Made by a program: the position numbers and the translations under genes
Assembly: GCF_009914755.1 (NCBI RefSeq)
Contig: NC_060931.1
Length of the DNA: 64,000 bases
Origin: the human T2T-CHM13v2.0 reference genome, Homo sapiens
Direction: 5' to 3' (one strand)
Notes under the pieces: model-generated
What the model saw: only the letters and a program-made list of their open reading frames with translations
Database searches by the model: none
What the model was told of the DNA's origin: nothing
Shown here: piece after piece, positions 13,581 through 32,564 of the stretch
Layout: each line of letters begins with the position of its first letter
How positions within the stretch are numbered: the stretch's first letter is position 1

Positions 13581-14734
13581 TTAAGTTTGGTCACTTGAAA
13601 GTTCTGTTATCTGGGGCAGTCAATATATAAATCTGATATTCTATCCAGGTGTCTTTTCCTTTAGAAAGAAGTTCATTGTCAACTTTTTCCAACTGTATTT
13701 CAACATCAATTATTAATCCTTTAGGTTAAAAGAGGATCAACATGGCAACAAAGTGTTTTGGAAATAGCCTCTTGTGATTTGAAGATTAAATAAATCATTA
13801 AATTAAATTACTATATAATCAAATGTTTATGGCTGTTTGAAGTTGGCCACTCTGTAAAGAGACATCGGCTGAATTATGTCATAAAATATGGCAGCTAAAC
13901 TCTTACCTTATCACCTTAAAAGCCACTTGTGGTTCTTATATGAGGATGTTGGCTGTTCAGGGTAGTGAGCAACAATCCTGTGTGTCAAGAAGCAGCTGTG
14001 GCCTTGTATCAGCTCTGCCTTCCAAGAAGAGAGGGCCAACAGTGCAGTCCACAGAGAGCTATTTTTTCCTTAATATTTGATTTTGGAGTATTTTTGCCCA
14101 CTTTAAAGGTACTTGGCAATCTTTGCCTCCAAAAGTGGGGGAAAAAATCAAACAAAGCTCCCTTTAAGTTAAACACAAATAGAATTTGGAAATTGTGGAG
14201 AAAAAAAAAAACACCTCTCATGCTCAGTTTGCCACTGTTAAGAATAACAAAGCACTGTTCATAACATATGGCCATCAATCCTTACTTCTTGGAAAACAAT
14301 AGCATTTCTACTTCTTATTCCAAATTGAGCTAGACAGTTGAAGAGTAAATCATAATTAGAAGAATACATTTCTTCTCTAACAATCTGAACATGCTAAGAT
14401 TTATCAGTCTCTTATTATATAATTTAATGTGGTTTGCTTTTACCCATTTTTTCTTCATCAGAAATATAGGTAGATTTCTAAAAAAATCTGTCTCTAATGT
14501 ATTAGGAAACCCTGAAATTTTTAAACAACTAGCTAGAAAAGGCTATGTTGAAAGTATGTAGGACACTCTCCTGAATAGTAATTTGGACAGAAACAAGCAC
14601 ACAAACCAACCTATTGCACGGCTCAGGGACATTATGGCTGCCATTCCATGAGAGAGGTTGGGAGGGACACAAAATTGGTCCAATCCATACAGTTTGACTT
14701 TTATTTTTTTAAAAGTAGAAGAATTTTAGGACTT

Positions 14735-14925
14735 GAGGAAATCCCAGTGTGTGATCCTGGACCAGCAGCATTGGCACCACCTGGGAGCCTGATGGAACTG
14801 CAAATTCATGGATCTCACCATCCCAGGACACCTGAATCAGAATCGCTCAGGTGGAACACAGGAATCTGTGTCATAGAAACTCTCCCAGGTGATTCTGGTG
14901 TGTACTAAAGTTTGAGATCCATCTG
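14735..14925. mobile_element. MER5A (hAT-Charlie)
   Basis: GGACCAGCAGCATTGGCACCACCTGGGAGC...CTGAATCAGAATC...CCCAGGTGATTCTG...AAAGTTTGAGA. Confidence 0.85.
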
Positions 14926-14929
14926 TTGA

Positions 14930-15720
14930 TTGACTTTCCCTTCTGACATCACTGTGGAGCACCATTGACTTTATTGACTGTATGGGAAATGTTTATTATC
15001 TTCTAAGGCAACCCATTCCATATTTGGATAGCTTTGAGTTTTCAGAGAAAAGTCTGATATTGAGCTGATAACTGTGTCTCCGAATCTCTCTTCTGTCGCC
15101 GCAATTCTACACAAGCCTTTTCCTTTTCCTACACAAGCCTACAGTTCCTTTTCCTCTGTAGGGTTGTGAGACAGCCCTGAAGGATGGGTAACAACAGACA
15201 GGTTCTGGGTTTGAATCCGAGCTCTGTCATTAATGCCTGTGTGACTTTTGTACAAGTTATCTAACTCTGAGTTTGTTTCCTCATCCATAAAGGGAGGATA
15301 ATATCAGTACTTTTCTATAGTGTTGTGGTGAGGATTAATTGAGATAATGCATGTACTTAGCACATAGTGATGACTATTATTCTGGAGGATGACTCTTTAC
15401 ACATTTTAAGGCAGTTATATTCCCCTCTGAGTTTGTTTCTATCCAAGGTAGATATGTCCCTATTTCTCTCCACCATCAATATTATGATGATATGCTTTTG
15501 GATCCTCTCCAAATGCCCTTCAGTTTCTATATTCATGTCCCTACCAAAGTGTGGCTCCCAAAATGGAAGGAGTTCCATATTCTAGATTTGCACAGTTGAA
15601 CTAGTATGGCCTTTTGACTTTAAATAACTATTCGTCTGTCTATGTAGCCAAACATAGCTATGTTGACTATCATGAGTCCTGTAGACTCACACTAATCCTG
15701 CTTTCAACAAAAACACTGAA
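14930..15720 (-). mobile_element. CR1/L3 LINE relic, split by a MIR
   Basis: ORF 15357..15578(-) PFWEPHFGRDM..LERIQK..STLDRNKLRGE..CLK matches CR1 QFWAPHFKKD..LERVQRR..FSLEKRRLRGD. Confidence 0.75.
15175..15365 (+). mobile_element. MIR SINE
   Basis: CTGGGTTTGAATCCGAGCTCTGTC...GTTTCCTCATCCATAAAGGGAGGATAATA...TGAGGATTAATTGAGATAATGCATGT. Confidence 0.85.
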
Positions 15721-15747
15721 GTATTTTAAAAGAAGTATTACTTTTTT

Positions 15748-15870
15748 AGCTGGGGGTGGTGACACACCTGTAGTCCCAGCTACTCAGGAGGCTGAGGCAG
15801 GAGGATTGCTTGAGTCCAGGAATTTGAGACCTGCCTGGGCAATATGGTGAGACCATATCTCTAAAATAAA

Positions 15871-15872
<2 letters not shown>
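15748..15872 (+). mobile_element. FLAM_A-like Alu monomer
   Basis: Single monomer CCTGTAGTCCCAGCTACTCAGGAGGCTGAGGCAGGAGGATTGCTTGAGTCCAGG...CTGGGCAATATGGTGAGACC. Confidence 0.8.
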
Positions 15873-16329
<457 letters not shown>

Positions 16330-16429
16330 TAAGCAAAAAGAAAAACAATGCCACCAATAATCACTACACAGAGATAATTATAGTTAAAAATTTAGAATAT
16401 ATTTTTCCAGACTGTAAAAAAAAAAGATA

Positions 16430-16665
16430 TTCGGTAGTGAATGATTTGGAAAGCCAACAGCATGGACTTTGGAGCCTAAGAGAACTGTACTCAAATACTG
16501 GCTAGTTGTGTAACACTTGAAAAATTGTATAATCTCTCCTAATCCCATTCCTCACTGGTAAAATAGGAATAATTAGATCTATCCTTTTAGCTGATGTGAG
16601 ATCTAAATGAGATACTATTTGTGAACCACAAAACAAGATTTCAGTAGGTAGTACTCTTATCATCA
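16430..16665 (+). mobile_element. MIR SINE
   Basis: AGCATGGACTTTGGAGCC...TTCCTCACTGGTAAAATAGGAATAAT...GTGAGATCTAAATGAGATA. Confidence 0.6.
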
Positions 16666-16759
16666 TAATTACATAAATTACATGGATATTTTACCAAAAA
16701 AAGAATCATACCTTCTAATTTGGTATCAGCTCTTTTTCCATAAAAAGCTCTCTATTTTA

Positions 16760-17345
16760 ATAAATTTATTCTTTTTATTTCAAAATTATGATAGACTTAC
16801 AAAAATTTGAAAAATTATTCCAAAGAAGTCCTGTACACCCTTCAGTTAGCCTCCCCTGCAATGGCAACCTTTTACATAAGTATAGTACGTTATCAAAACC
16901 AGAAAATTGACATTAGTGTAATACCATTAACTAGACTATAGATTTTGTTTATATAGTTCTTTCCTATTGGGGATATTTTGTATGCATATTCATGAATGTG
17001 TATGTTTTTCCATTATTAACAATGTTATGATTAACCCTCTGGTAGCTAAATATTATGTGCATCCTTAATTATTTAATGAAGAAAATTACTATAAGTGTAA
17101 TTATTAGGATGAAAGCTCTGCATGTTTTTTTGATTTCCAATACACGTGGCCAAATTGTTTCTGAAGGGCTTACAAGTTCCCACTTTCACATGATGTATAT
17201 GAGAAAGTCTATTTCTTCACACCCTTTTCAGCATTGAGAATTACAATTCTTTGTAGCTTATCAATTTGATAGGTTGAGGGATTACTGTTTTAATTTCTTT
17301 GATTAATAATGCATATAGTTTTATTATTTATTTCTTCTTTATGTG
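16760..17345 (-). mobile_element. Old L1M (MB/MC/ME) fragments
   Basis: Antisense L1M 3' motifs (CTGTACACCCTTCA..., TATCAAAACCAGAAAATTGACATT, GCCAAATTGTTT). Confidence 0.6.
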
Positions 17346-17429
17346 GTTGTCAGTTCAAGCTAGTTCAAACCTGAGTCTTCAAAAATACACACACACACAC
17401 ACGCAGCCCCACACACCGGCACACACTCA

Positions 17430-17760
17430 CACATATTGTTCCATGCCTCTCCCATCCTGTACTTGTATGTAGTTTTTTTTTAATATGGGCTAGAGTGCAG
17501 AAACTTACATTTTCCTCATTGTAATCATTTTGTTAAATTCAGCCAAATGTTTCAGCTTTCTGGATCCTAATTCTCTCATCCTGTGTTTGCTCTCCTTTCC
17601 GTTTTTTTTTTAACTGGAAATCTGATAAATATGCAAAAAATATCTTTTTATTCTCATCTTTCAAAACAGGATTAGCAAGACGGCTCTGTCCAGAGCCTGT
17701 GGCACTCCCTCTGAAACTGGCCCTTGTAGTGACATTAACCAGTTAATTAGATGGATTTAC
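17430..17760 (-). mobile_element. CR1/L3 relic, upstream continuation of the 14930-15720 element
   Basis: CCCATCCTGTACTTGTATG...GTGCAGAAACTTACATTTTCC...CATTTTGTTAAATTCAGCC corresponds to CR1 AExNKMx.NxxKCKxLHxG..HKYRMG on the minus strand. Confidence 0.6.
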
Positions 17761-18140
17761 AGAATTACTTCCTGGTAGGCAGAGCTGTCATCCCCACTGT
17801 GGATGTTGTTGGAACTCCAAGTGTTCAAATGCTCTCTCAGCCTTAGTGTGTTGATCACTGCAGCTGCGTGTTGAGGTCCTCTGATGCAATAGGATCACAA
17901 AGTTTTGATTTCCCTGTTGACTGTAGACTTCTGAGAGGTTGGTGATAATATCTCATTTGTCCTTTTGTGTCTCTCCTCATCCCTCCCCCAGTTTCTTTCC
18001 ATAGCAGTCATTCAATGAAAGTATATAAAATTGAATATAAATTTTCCTGGTTCTTAAGCACTTAGGGACAAATGATTCACCTCTTCTCCTTTCCCCACAG
18101 TTAGGCGTTTCCATCCTATATCCAAGTAGCAATATATACA

Positions 18141-18490
18141 CAATAAAACCTCAATTAACTGGACTCCAGTTACTCAGAAATTTAAATTAATTAGATAATA
18201 TTATGCACTCCATTGTTGAAACGGGAGAGATTGCGCAAAAATGCTTATACCTTATAGTTTTAAGAGTACTTTCTTATTTGTTTTGTGGAGCTACAGTAAG
18301 AACTTATTAAAGATGAACTTGAAGCACTGAGAGTTTCTAGGTCATAACAATTAAATTATCTTCTTTAATGAGAAAAGCAGACCAATACACTTAGAAAATA
18401 TTTTCAAGGAGCATTGAAGCTTAAAAGTAAATTTCTGGTTATTCAGAAACACACAAGTCTCAAACATTCTGGTTAATTGAGATTTATTAT
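18141..18490. mobile_element. Probable Tc1/mariner-Tigger MITE relic
   Basis: Imperfect terminal inverted repeats with a perfect 10-bp core: CTCAATTAAC (18150-18159) and GTTAATTGAG (18472-18481). Confidence 0.45.
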
Positions 18491-19603
18491 GCCCTCTTTT
18501 CACTTAAGTCTAGCTTCTTTGTGGTTTCAGACCATTAACATTTTGTCATTAGTTATTTGTCCAAGCCTAAAATCTGCATTTTTTGCCTAAACATTCTACA
18601 AACCTATCTCACGGAATCCTCACAACAAAAAAATGTACAGAACCTTTTTAGAAGAAAATAATTGACGTGGACTTCTAATGCTGAGGTCAATTATCTTAAA
18701 TACCATGCTTCTACAGTATGTACAGTGATAAAACTGGATTCAGATTCATGATACTTATAGCTCCTATTAAAATAACAAAACAAGGGCAAATTTAGTAATT
18801 AATATAAATCAAATGACAAAACAATGTAATCTAAATGAACCATATATGATTGATGTGATGGATAGTTTTGTTTGAGCTTTGGGCTTAATATAAGAAAAAA
18901 AGGCTTATGTTGACTTGATTCTTTTGATTTTGAGCACTATGAGCCTTTGTTTGAATAATCATCATGATCAGTATCATTAATTTTTCTCTTAAGCAATTGT
19001 CTTGTTTTTAACATTGGCCCTTTGTTTTGATGGAGCAGTCATTTGAATAATGTACCCCAAAAACAATAATAAAAAGCAGTTAAAAGTTGCTTTATAACAA
19101 ACTTCACAACAGGTGTACTATCACCCATATTGTTAACGAGCTGGGACAATTTGGTCTGTACAAACCAGGACCTACAATACATTCACTCCCAGGGCTCCCA
19201 GTATGTGGTGGTCTGACTGCTGTCATGGGTAATTTGAGTCTAGTTTCCTTTTATTGGCATGAACTTTGTGGTGGCCGGGTTTTCCCATCACTTTTTTCTA
19301 CGTAAATGACTCTCAACCTCGTGTCTGCAGCTTGCCCCAAGGCGTTTTGGCTTTTCCTGTGGTGAGAAGGAGATTGTAAACATGAATAAAGCATGGGCAC
19401 TAATGTTATCTGTTGGTGGTCATCAAGATAATCCCAACAAACGTCTATACTACTTTTTTCAACTTTTGTTGAAGTGAAAATTCCGAATTAAAACATTCTA
19501 AGGTAACTTCACAGGGGTTGACATTTTGAGAAACTTTGTAAACAGCTTTATTAGGATATAGTTCACATACCCTACAATTTACCCATTTAAAGTGTACAGT
19601 TCA

Positions 19604-19994
<391 letters not shown>

Positions 19995-20127
19995 TAGTAT
20001 ATTGACAGAGTTGTGCAACCACCACCAGTTGATTTTAAAACATTTTAATCACTTCAAAAATAAACCCTGTTCCCTGTTATCTATCACCCCCCTATTCCTT
20101 TATTCTCCATCACCCAGCTTCCCCAGT

Positions 20128-20271
20128 CTTTTTTTGTTTTCTGTCTCCCAGGCTGAAGTGCAGTGGTGTGATCATAGCTCACTACAGTCTCTAATTCCTC
20201 GGTTTAAGGAATCTTCCTGCCTCAGCCTCCCAAGTAGCTGGGACTACAGGTATGTGGTACCATGCCTGGCT
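20128..20271 (-). mobile_element. FAM/FRAM-like Alu monomer
   Basis: CCCAGGCTGAAGTGCAGTGGTGTGATCATAGCTCACTACAG...GTAGCTGGGACTACAGG...CATGCCTGGC; single monomer. Confidence 0.75.
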
Positions 20272-21092
20272 CCTCTCCCTTAGTATTAAACCATCACTAA
20301 TTTATGTTCTGCCTCTTTAGATTTCTCTGTTCTGGCCTTTCATATGAATGGAACCATATAGCATGTGGTCTTTTGTGACTAGCTTATTTCACTTAGCACA
20401 GTGTCTTCAAGATTCATCCACTCTGTAGCATGTATCAGTATTTCATTTCTTTTTATGACTAAATCTTCCATTGTATAGACATACTACCTTTTGTTCATTT
20501 GTCAGTTGATGGATGTTTAGATTGTTTCCACCTTTTGACTATGGTAAAACATTCATGTAAAAGTTTATGTTAATGTATGTTTTCATTTCTGTCAAGTATA
20601 TATCTAGGAGTGAAATTGCTTGATCAAATAATAACTCTATGTTTAATTCTTTGAGGAAGAACAAGACTGTTTTTCAAAGTGCCGCACCATTTTACCTTAC
20701 CACCAGCAGTGTATGACAGCTCCAGTTTCTCCACATCCTTGCCAACACTTGTTACTATCTGATTTTTTTTTCTAAGTCACCCTAGTGGGTGTGAAGGGGA
20801 ATCCCATTTTGATTCTAACTCTTAAACTGTGCTCAGTGCTAATTTTGTTTTCATGTGTTTGTTGCATCATTGGTTGTTCTTTTTAAAAAACGGACATCAT
20901 TTCTTTGTTCTTTATTTGAATACTCTAAACTTATTTGAAAATCTTCATCAGACTATTTTTGATAAATTATTTTCATCTGGAGCAAATATTTGCTTAGTCT
21001 GTCTTAGTATTACAGTTTCTCAAACACTTTGGAATTTCAGTGTATAGGCTGATTTTCAGTCAGATATATTTTATTAAGACCCTCCCCTTTAT

Positions 21093-25390
<4,298 letters not shown>

Positions 25391-26019
25391 AAGACCCTCC
25401 CCCTTATCGTGTTCATGTCTCCCTACCCAAACATGTGGTGGTAGCTTCAGCTGACTCACTATGCACCTCTATGCAGAATATGCAACAGCATTTTGCAGAC
25501 TCACCTTCAAGGCAACAATGGGGGTATTTTAGATCCAGTTAGTGAGCCAGTGGGAGACTTTATCAGGAAGCTGTATTTGGTCTGTAGGCTTTCACATTGC
25601 TAAAGGCACTGCCCTAGTTGTTGGTCAGTAATAGTTTTCTCCAGCCTTCTTTTACAGGTATGGGGAGAGGGGCTGATCATATACAGGACTGAGAATGGAG
25701 CTGGAGGTGGGGAGAGAGGCCAACCTTATGCTTAGTTTTAAGTATTAAAATGGTCATATGTCTATCAATTCCTGCTCTGCTCAGAGTTTTATGCTGCTTT
25801 TATTGTTTTTGGTCTACAAAAATGTTTCTTTTGATTTTGTATCCAGTTTTTTAAAAAGTTGTCTATTATCTTTCCTTTTTGTGTGGTCAAAGCAGAGGGA
25901 GTAAAAGTGTGAACTCCCTGTGTCATATGGACTAGAAGTCTTGCTTTACTTAAAGAAGGATAGCAGGGGCTCGGTTAATTTGGGAGCAGGAGCTAAATGG
26001 AGTTAACAGTTTTGCAGGT

Positions 26020-26260
26020 AAGGAAGTGGAGTGGAAATTTTGTTTGGACTTCCCAGCGTTCTTTCTCATATTAGGCAACCCCAGCTTTCCTCTGGGAACT
26101 TCCCCTCCCTTCTGACATCAGTCAGCATGATTTGGGGTTTGGCTCATCCTACCCCCATAGTATCAGTATGTGATCCAAGGCCTGGCCACTGTAATTGGTT
26201 CAGGGATAAGCAAATAGTTCAAGTTGTCCAATGAGATCTCTTCCTGTTGTTTTTCTGTCA
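26020..26260. mobile_element. Old MLT1K/L-like LTR relic
   Basis: TTTCCTCTGGGAAC...CCTGGCCACTGTAATTGGTTCAGGGATAAGCA...CCAATGAGA. Confidence 0.45.
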
Positions 26261-26419
26261 GGAAAGACATACACTTTTCTTTTTTATGTCTAGCTCAAGC
26301 ATAGTCCCCTGTAAAATGGGGTCAATAGTGCTGTCTATCTCACAGAGAATCAGAGGCTAGGAGAGCCTGGCACATGTTGGCTATTGTCATCGTTATTATG
26401 GTTCCATGTGAAATTTAGA

Positions 26420-26740
26420 GGAGGGAGCAATTGCCTTCAACTGGTCTGGTCTAGGAGGGATTCATACAGGAGATGAGATTTTAAGTAGATCTGGAAGGAT
26501 ACATAGGAGGTTGATGGAGAGGAACAGAGAAAAAGCACTATCAAGAGGTAGAAGAGGACAACATGGTGGTGGATAGGAGGGATGGTGAGGAGGGTTGGTT
26601 GAAAGCTGAGGGTGGGTGTGGCAGTGGAGACCATATTGGGAAGCTTGTTGGGGCCTGAACCAAGGAATTGGGACTTTATTTGGCAAGTATTGGGAAACCA
26701 GGGAAGGTTTCAAATTATAAAATATGATTGAAGTGGAATG
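26420..26740 (-). mobile_element. L2 relic
   Basis: Purine-rich antisense L2 pattern (GGAATTGGGACTTTATT...GGGAAACCAGGGAAGGTTT). Confidence 0.5.
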
Positions 26741-29700
26741 GCTTATAATGAAATGACTCTTCTATAGGCAGAGGGTGGAGAAGTGAGAAATAACTCCACA
26801 TGTTCCTTCACTGTAACCTCTTGATTACTTAAGCCCCAAACACAAAGCCAAACCACACATAGGAGAAAGTCTAGGAGAATGATGGAAGAAACAAAATAGG
26901 AAAACACCATTTTCCTCCTTCCTTGCTGGATTCATAGCCCATGTTTCAGTTTTCTGTATATTAGCCAAGTCAGCTTTCCTTTATTTCTGGGTCATGTAAG
27001 CTTAGTGTGTGTGTCATGGGGGTGGGGGGGTTGTTGTATGCACAGTTTTTTTTTTTTTTGCCAGTGTATACATTTGTATGAAATTACTTTTTTTATACAA
27101 ATTTGTGACATACAAAATTATTTTAATGAGTTGGTTATCGTCGGTTGTCCACATTCCTTTTACTATTTTTTCCTTAAATAAATAGGTCACTGTAGGGACT
27201 CCAGCAAGATGTGGGCAAACCAAACCTAGCTTCCTTTGTAATATTTGAAGACATGTCATCAAATAGGTAGACTGGAGCCGTGATTACTCCCTTTCAAGAA
27301 GACGTGTGTTCTATACTTTGCCACAGCCGTCACTACTCCTAGTTTTTCCCCAACTCTGAGCCCCTGTGTCAGTAGCATTTATCATCACACCGGTCTCTTG
27401 TTTTACTTATGCTTAGTTCCATACATTAATTTTCATACCTACTTGGCCACGATGGGCATTCATGTATAAAATCAATTTTTATTTTTCACTTCTGAAGTTA
27501 AACTTTTATGGGTATTTCTCGTAAGTTTTCTGAGACAAGCTAAAAAGCAGCATTAATTATCCCAAATACTGAACAGCTGAGTTCAGGCCAATTCTCAGTT
27601 GTAACTCATGTATGCCACCTTTCTTGGCCTGACTAGTTTTGTGCATTCATTGAGAAAGGGAGTCTGCCAGGCGTTGTTTTCTATCTGACGGTAGGCCAAC
27701 AGATGCTGTGAAATCATGCCAACACGTGCCAAGCTGTCACCTCTGCATCCTTATTTATCAGGGAGTCCATTGTACAAGTCTCCTGTCTGCTATTACGTCA
27801 TGTTTACTTGTTCAGATAGATAAAGGTCCATACCCAGATGAACAAATGCTTAGGAAGGTGCTATTTTTACCCAATTCCCTAAACCACATATGAGTGACAA
27901 ATATTTCCATAGGATTAATGAATAGGTGTTTCAGTCTCCTCCACCCTTATTAAATACTAGCTTTTTCTTTCATGCTTGGAACACTGTTGAATTTGTGGAT
28001 GAGAAACATTTTCCATATGTAATGAATCCAAGGACTTTTTAACCTATTAGATTTTGTTGCATATATTGGTCACTCTTTTAAATAATAGTTTCAATCTAAC
28101 CAAAAATCAAATAACCTGAGAATCTGATATGCCTTCATTTTGAATATTTTCATATTTTACAAGTAATGTACACAGAGCTTATTTTTTTTGATAAGATCGA
28201 GAATTGACCAAGGGAATCATGTAGCTTTAGCCATCTGTAGTTTTATCATTTGCCAAAAAATTTCCTGAGCTTCGTGGAAACCACATAGAAACCAAATGAC
28301 TTGGTTTTATTTCCATTTCTCTAGGCAATAAACCAATTTTTCAGTCTCCATGGACACCCAGTGGAGCAACAGTAGTTAGATCTGTAAAAACTGCTATCTG
28401 ACTTAGAGTCTGATGGTGGCCTGCCCACCCGCACTTGATGACAACTTAGGCTTGACCCTCTAAGAGACCACAGGTGTGAGAGATTGCACGTGGGCATCTG
28501 GAACAGTGCCAAGCTACTGTTCCAGGTTCTTAATTTGTGGAGGTTTGCAAATAATTATGGATCTTGTCTTGAAAGCTGGGCAGTTAGAAAGTCCAAAATA
28601 AGGCAGTGGAAATAGTGAAAAAAAAAAAAAATCTGGTTGAAATAGATTTACTTTCCACTTGGTTAAGCAAGAGCCCTCACATACTGATGGGTATGTTAAC
28701 TCAGTTAAGAAAGAATACATATTTGGACATCCTTGTGGAAAGCCCAAAATAATACTTGAAATGAGAGAAGTCATAGGCTTATGTGTCAGTACATATGAAG
28801 GATAGCTTTGACTCTAAGCAGTAACTGGAAAGCCTACCCTTTCAGTCTCAGCAGCAATATAAGAAAAGATTGAACTGAATTGCTCTGTGTTATATATTAG
28901 TTCTCTAGGGCCTGTTTCCTCTAGCCTAGAATAGTGATTACTTGAAAAGATTAATCTGGTTTAGAGGTTTTGAATATGTGGTCCTTTGCTCTTGCTTGCA
29001 TTGTGTAAAACTCCCTATTTCCCAGTTACTCTAAAATTAACAAAAACTAGGTCTCACAGATCATTAAACAGCATTGGAAATGTCGCAAAAGAAAGGCATA
29101 TGAAAATGATACCTTAATTGGCATTATGGGACACAACACAACTCTGCAATAAATATGCTAGGCCATTCCAGGTATGTAGTTTCTTTTTTCTGGGTTTTTG
29201 CCTCCTTATCTGTAAATGGTGTGGGGTGGTTGCTAATATTCCTTCTAGTACTAATATTCTACTCGTTAATGAAAAGTCAGTTTTCATTTCACATACAACA
29301 AATAACATGGTCTTGAGAAATCTAGCTTTCTACAGGACGAAAACATTCAAGTTCATGATCTTGGGGAATTGGATGAAAGAATCAATCTTGTGCTTTTTGA
29401 ACAAGCTATAGTCATTCCTGTTTCTCCTTAGACCATGTAACATTTCCATGAATACCATAGAAAATGAATTCCTGGGGAATAAGAATAGGTGCATTTTCTC
29501 AGAGACTTTTATTTTTGGTTTGTTTCTAGATATTTGAGACCAAAAATAAGAATAGAATCTAAAAATGTAAATTTTTTTTTAAAAGGAGGAGATAGTAATA
29601 GATGGTAGTTAACTATCAGAAATCAGCCATAGTTTTGTGAATGTATAATGAACTGATTTTGAGGTGATATATTTAAAAATTGCCTTGGGAACAGGAGAAA

Positions 29701-30798
29701 GGAGAAATGTTGCAGAAGAAATCTTTAGCTTTACAAACCCAGAGATTGTCATATATATATAAAATTGTTCCTTGACAGCACCTTCCCTCTGTTCAATGTT
29801 TTCCATCTCATTCAAGTCACATGGGCACATAAGGAGGGAAAGGCATTCCAGGTAGAAGTGACACCATGAACCAGAGAGAGGAGGTGTGAGACTGCATGGC
29901 ATGTGGAGGCAGTGCAAGGAGCATAAAATGTAGAAAGAGGCTGGATTACTCAGAGTTCAGGTGCAGATAATAGAAACCACTTGAGCAATTTTGAGCAGTT
30001 TTAATATAGGCATATGGTGCTTATAAACCTGTGGGAAGGGGTGGAACAGCAGGCTTCCGGTGGGCCCTCCAGAAATGATTCTTAAATTGACACTTCAGGA
30101 CCTATCTGCTTCTTGGCCTCAGGAACACACACCTTAGCCATGATCTGTGTATAAAATAAGCAAGCCAACTCAGAACCAAGCTGCACCTGTTAGATTCTTT
30201 TTAGCAAAATGGAGTCATAGTGCCTGGCCCTTCTCTCCCTTTAATTCAATAGCAAAATCAAATCTTGGAAGAGTGTATCTGATTGGAGCAATCTAAATCA
30301 CTTCCAGAACTCTAACTGCAAGGAATTTGGGGAAATAAATTCTTTAGTTTTTTTAATCTGCTATTGTTCAGGAACGAACACTAAGAAGAGAGATGGATGC
30401 TGAGCCCACCGATCTATCTCATCTGCTGTGGTATCTATTGCAGAAGTCTAGGAAACTGATGTGGAAGGCCTGAAGTAGGGTAGTCAGGAGGGTGCCATAG
30501 TGATGATGGTACAATTCAGTCAGTCTTTGTAAGGCAAAACCATAAGACCATTAGGAAATAGGAGTGAGATAAAGGATGATTTCCAATGTTCTGATTTAAC
30601 CTAGACTTGATAAAAATTATGTTGGAGGAAGAGCAGATTTTGAGGGCAGGAGTGAAGAATTGAAAATGGGAAATGTTGAAGAGTTTAGTTTTATAGAATT
30701 TGAAGTGATAGAGGGGATACTAGGTTGACATGTCTAATGAACACTTTGGGTTTTGGTTTGAAGCTCCAGAGAAAGTCCTGAGTAAAAATATAGATTAA

Positions 30799-31346
<548 letters not shown>

Positions 31347-32564
31347 TCATGGCAGAACAACTCTGGAGATGACTAATGTAAAGAGGTGTGAGGCACAATA
31401 GGACCATACAAATGAGACTGAGTGGCTACAGTGGTAGAAGGAGAACCAGAGAAGAAATGTGGAACAGAAATCAAATAAAGGGACAGTTACTTAAGTTCAA
31501 AACAGCTGTGATGTCAAATAAGATCAGGGCTGAGGAGTGTCCAGTAGTTTTGACCATTAGGAGATTCTTAGCAAAACAGGTCAAGGTGTTTAGTGGGACT
31601 ACACTGTGTTGATTTAGGTATGAATGAAAAGTGAGGAAGAAAGGAGTAATCTCTGCTTTCTGGAAATGTGGCTCTGAAGGGAAGGGAAGCTTTGGAGAAA
31701 GAACACAAAATGGAGGGAGAGTTTAATCATAAGCTCCAAAAGTCTTAAACAGGCTTGGATGCTGAAAAAAAGGAATCAATGGCCAGGTAAAGATTGACGA
31801 TACAGGAAAGAGTCAGGTACTACATACCAGCTGCCTACAGATTTGGAAGAGGAGTCCAGAGTCTGTACTACTCCTCCTTAGATAGGGGAGGAATATGTAT
31901 TTCTCTCACACATGGCAGTGAGGGAAACCATGAATGAAGAAGCAGATATGTTTGTGAAAGGTGGGAAAAAACAGAATAGAAATCACACCTGATAGATTAT
32001 TTTCTGGATGATATAAAATGCAGATAATTTGCTGAGAGAAGGGAGAGTGGGCATGGGGTTAAATAGAATGGAGTAAGAGGTTTGCAGAAAAAATGGATTG
32101 GGGGAAATGAACGAGAAATGATTAGAGACCCACGTCAGAATTGCTAATCAGGACTGACCATGAAGAAGTGGGGAGATTTCTGAGGAAAGGCATAAAGTAA
32201 TATCATAATTGTCATGATCATGAGGTCTTTGGTTCTTTAAAAAGTGGTGGTGGGTCCTTACAATGATGGTGTTCCTCTTTAAATATATTTGTTTTAGAGT
32301 TGTCCAACTGTTGATTAGGTAAGCCTTTTAAATCACTGCCATTGTCGTCGTCATCATCATGATCATGATCTGTTAATCTATTAATAAGATCAATCTTTTA
32401 TTTCTATTGCAACTTTCAGTGCCTTGGATAAAAATGAGACAAAATGGCAGAAGTGTATCATTAAAGAAAGAATGCCTAAGAATTTACATTTTGAAGGACT
32501 CTTCTGTGACTGAAGGCTGTCCCTTTAAGTTAAACCTGATTGAGAATTTGAGAAATCTTCCCAA

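Noticed and set aside
15107-15155. Short local duplication (CTACACAAGCCT..TTCCTTTTC twice); similar ones near 794, 44245 and 63015
   Set aside because: Two-copy slippage duplications with no spacers or array structure; not CRISPR-like
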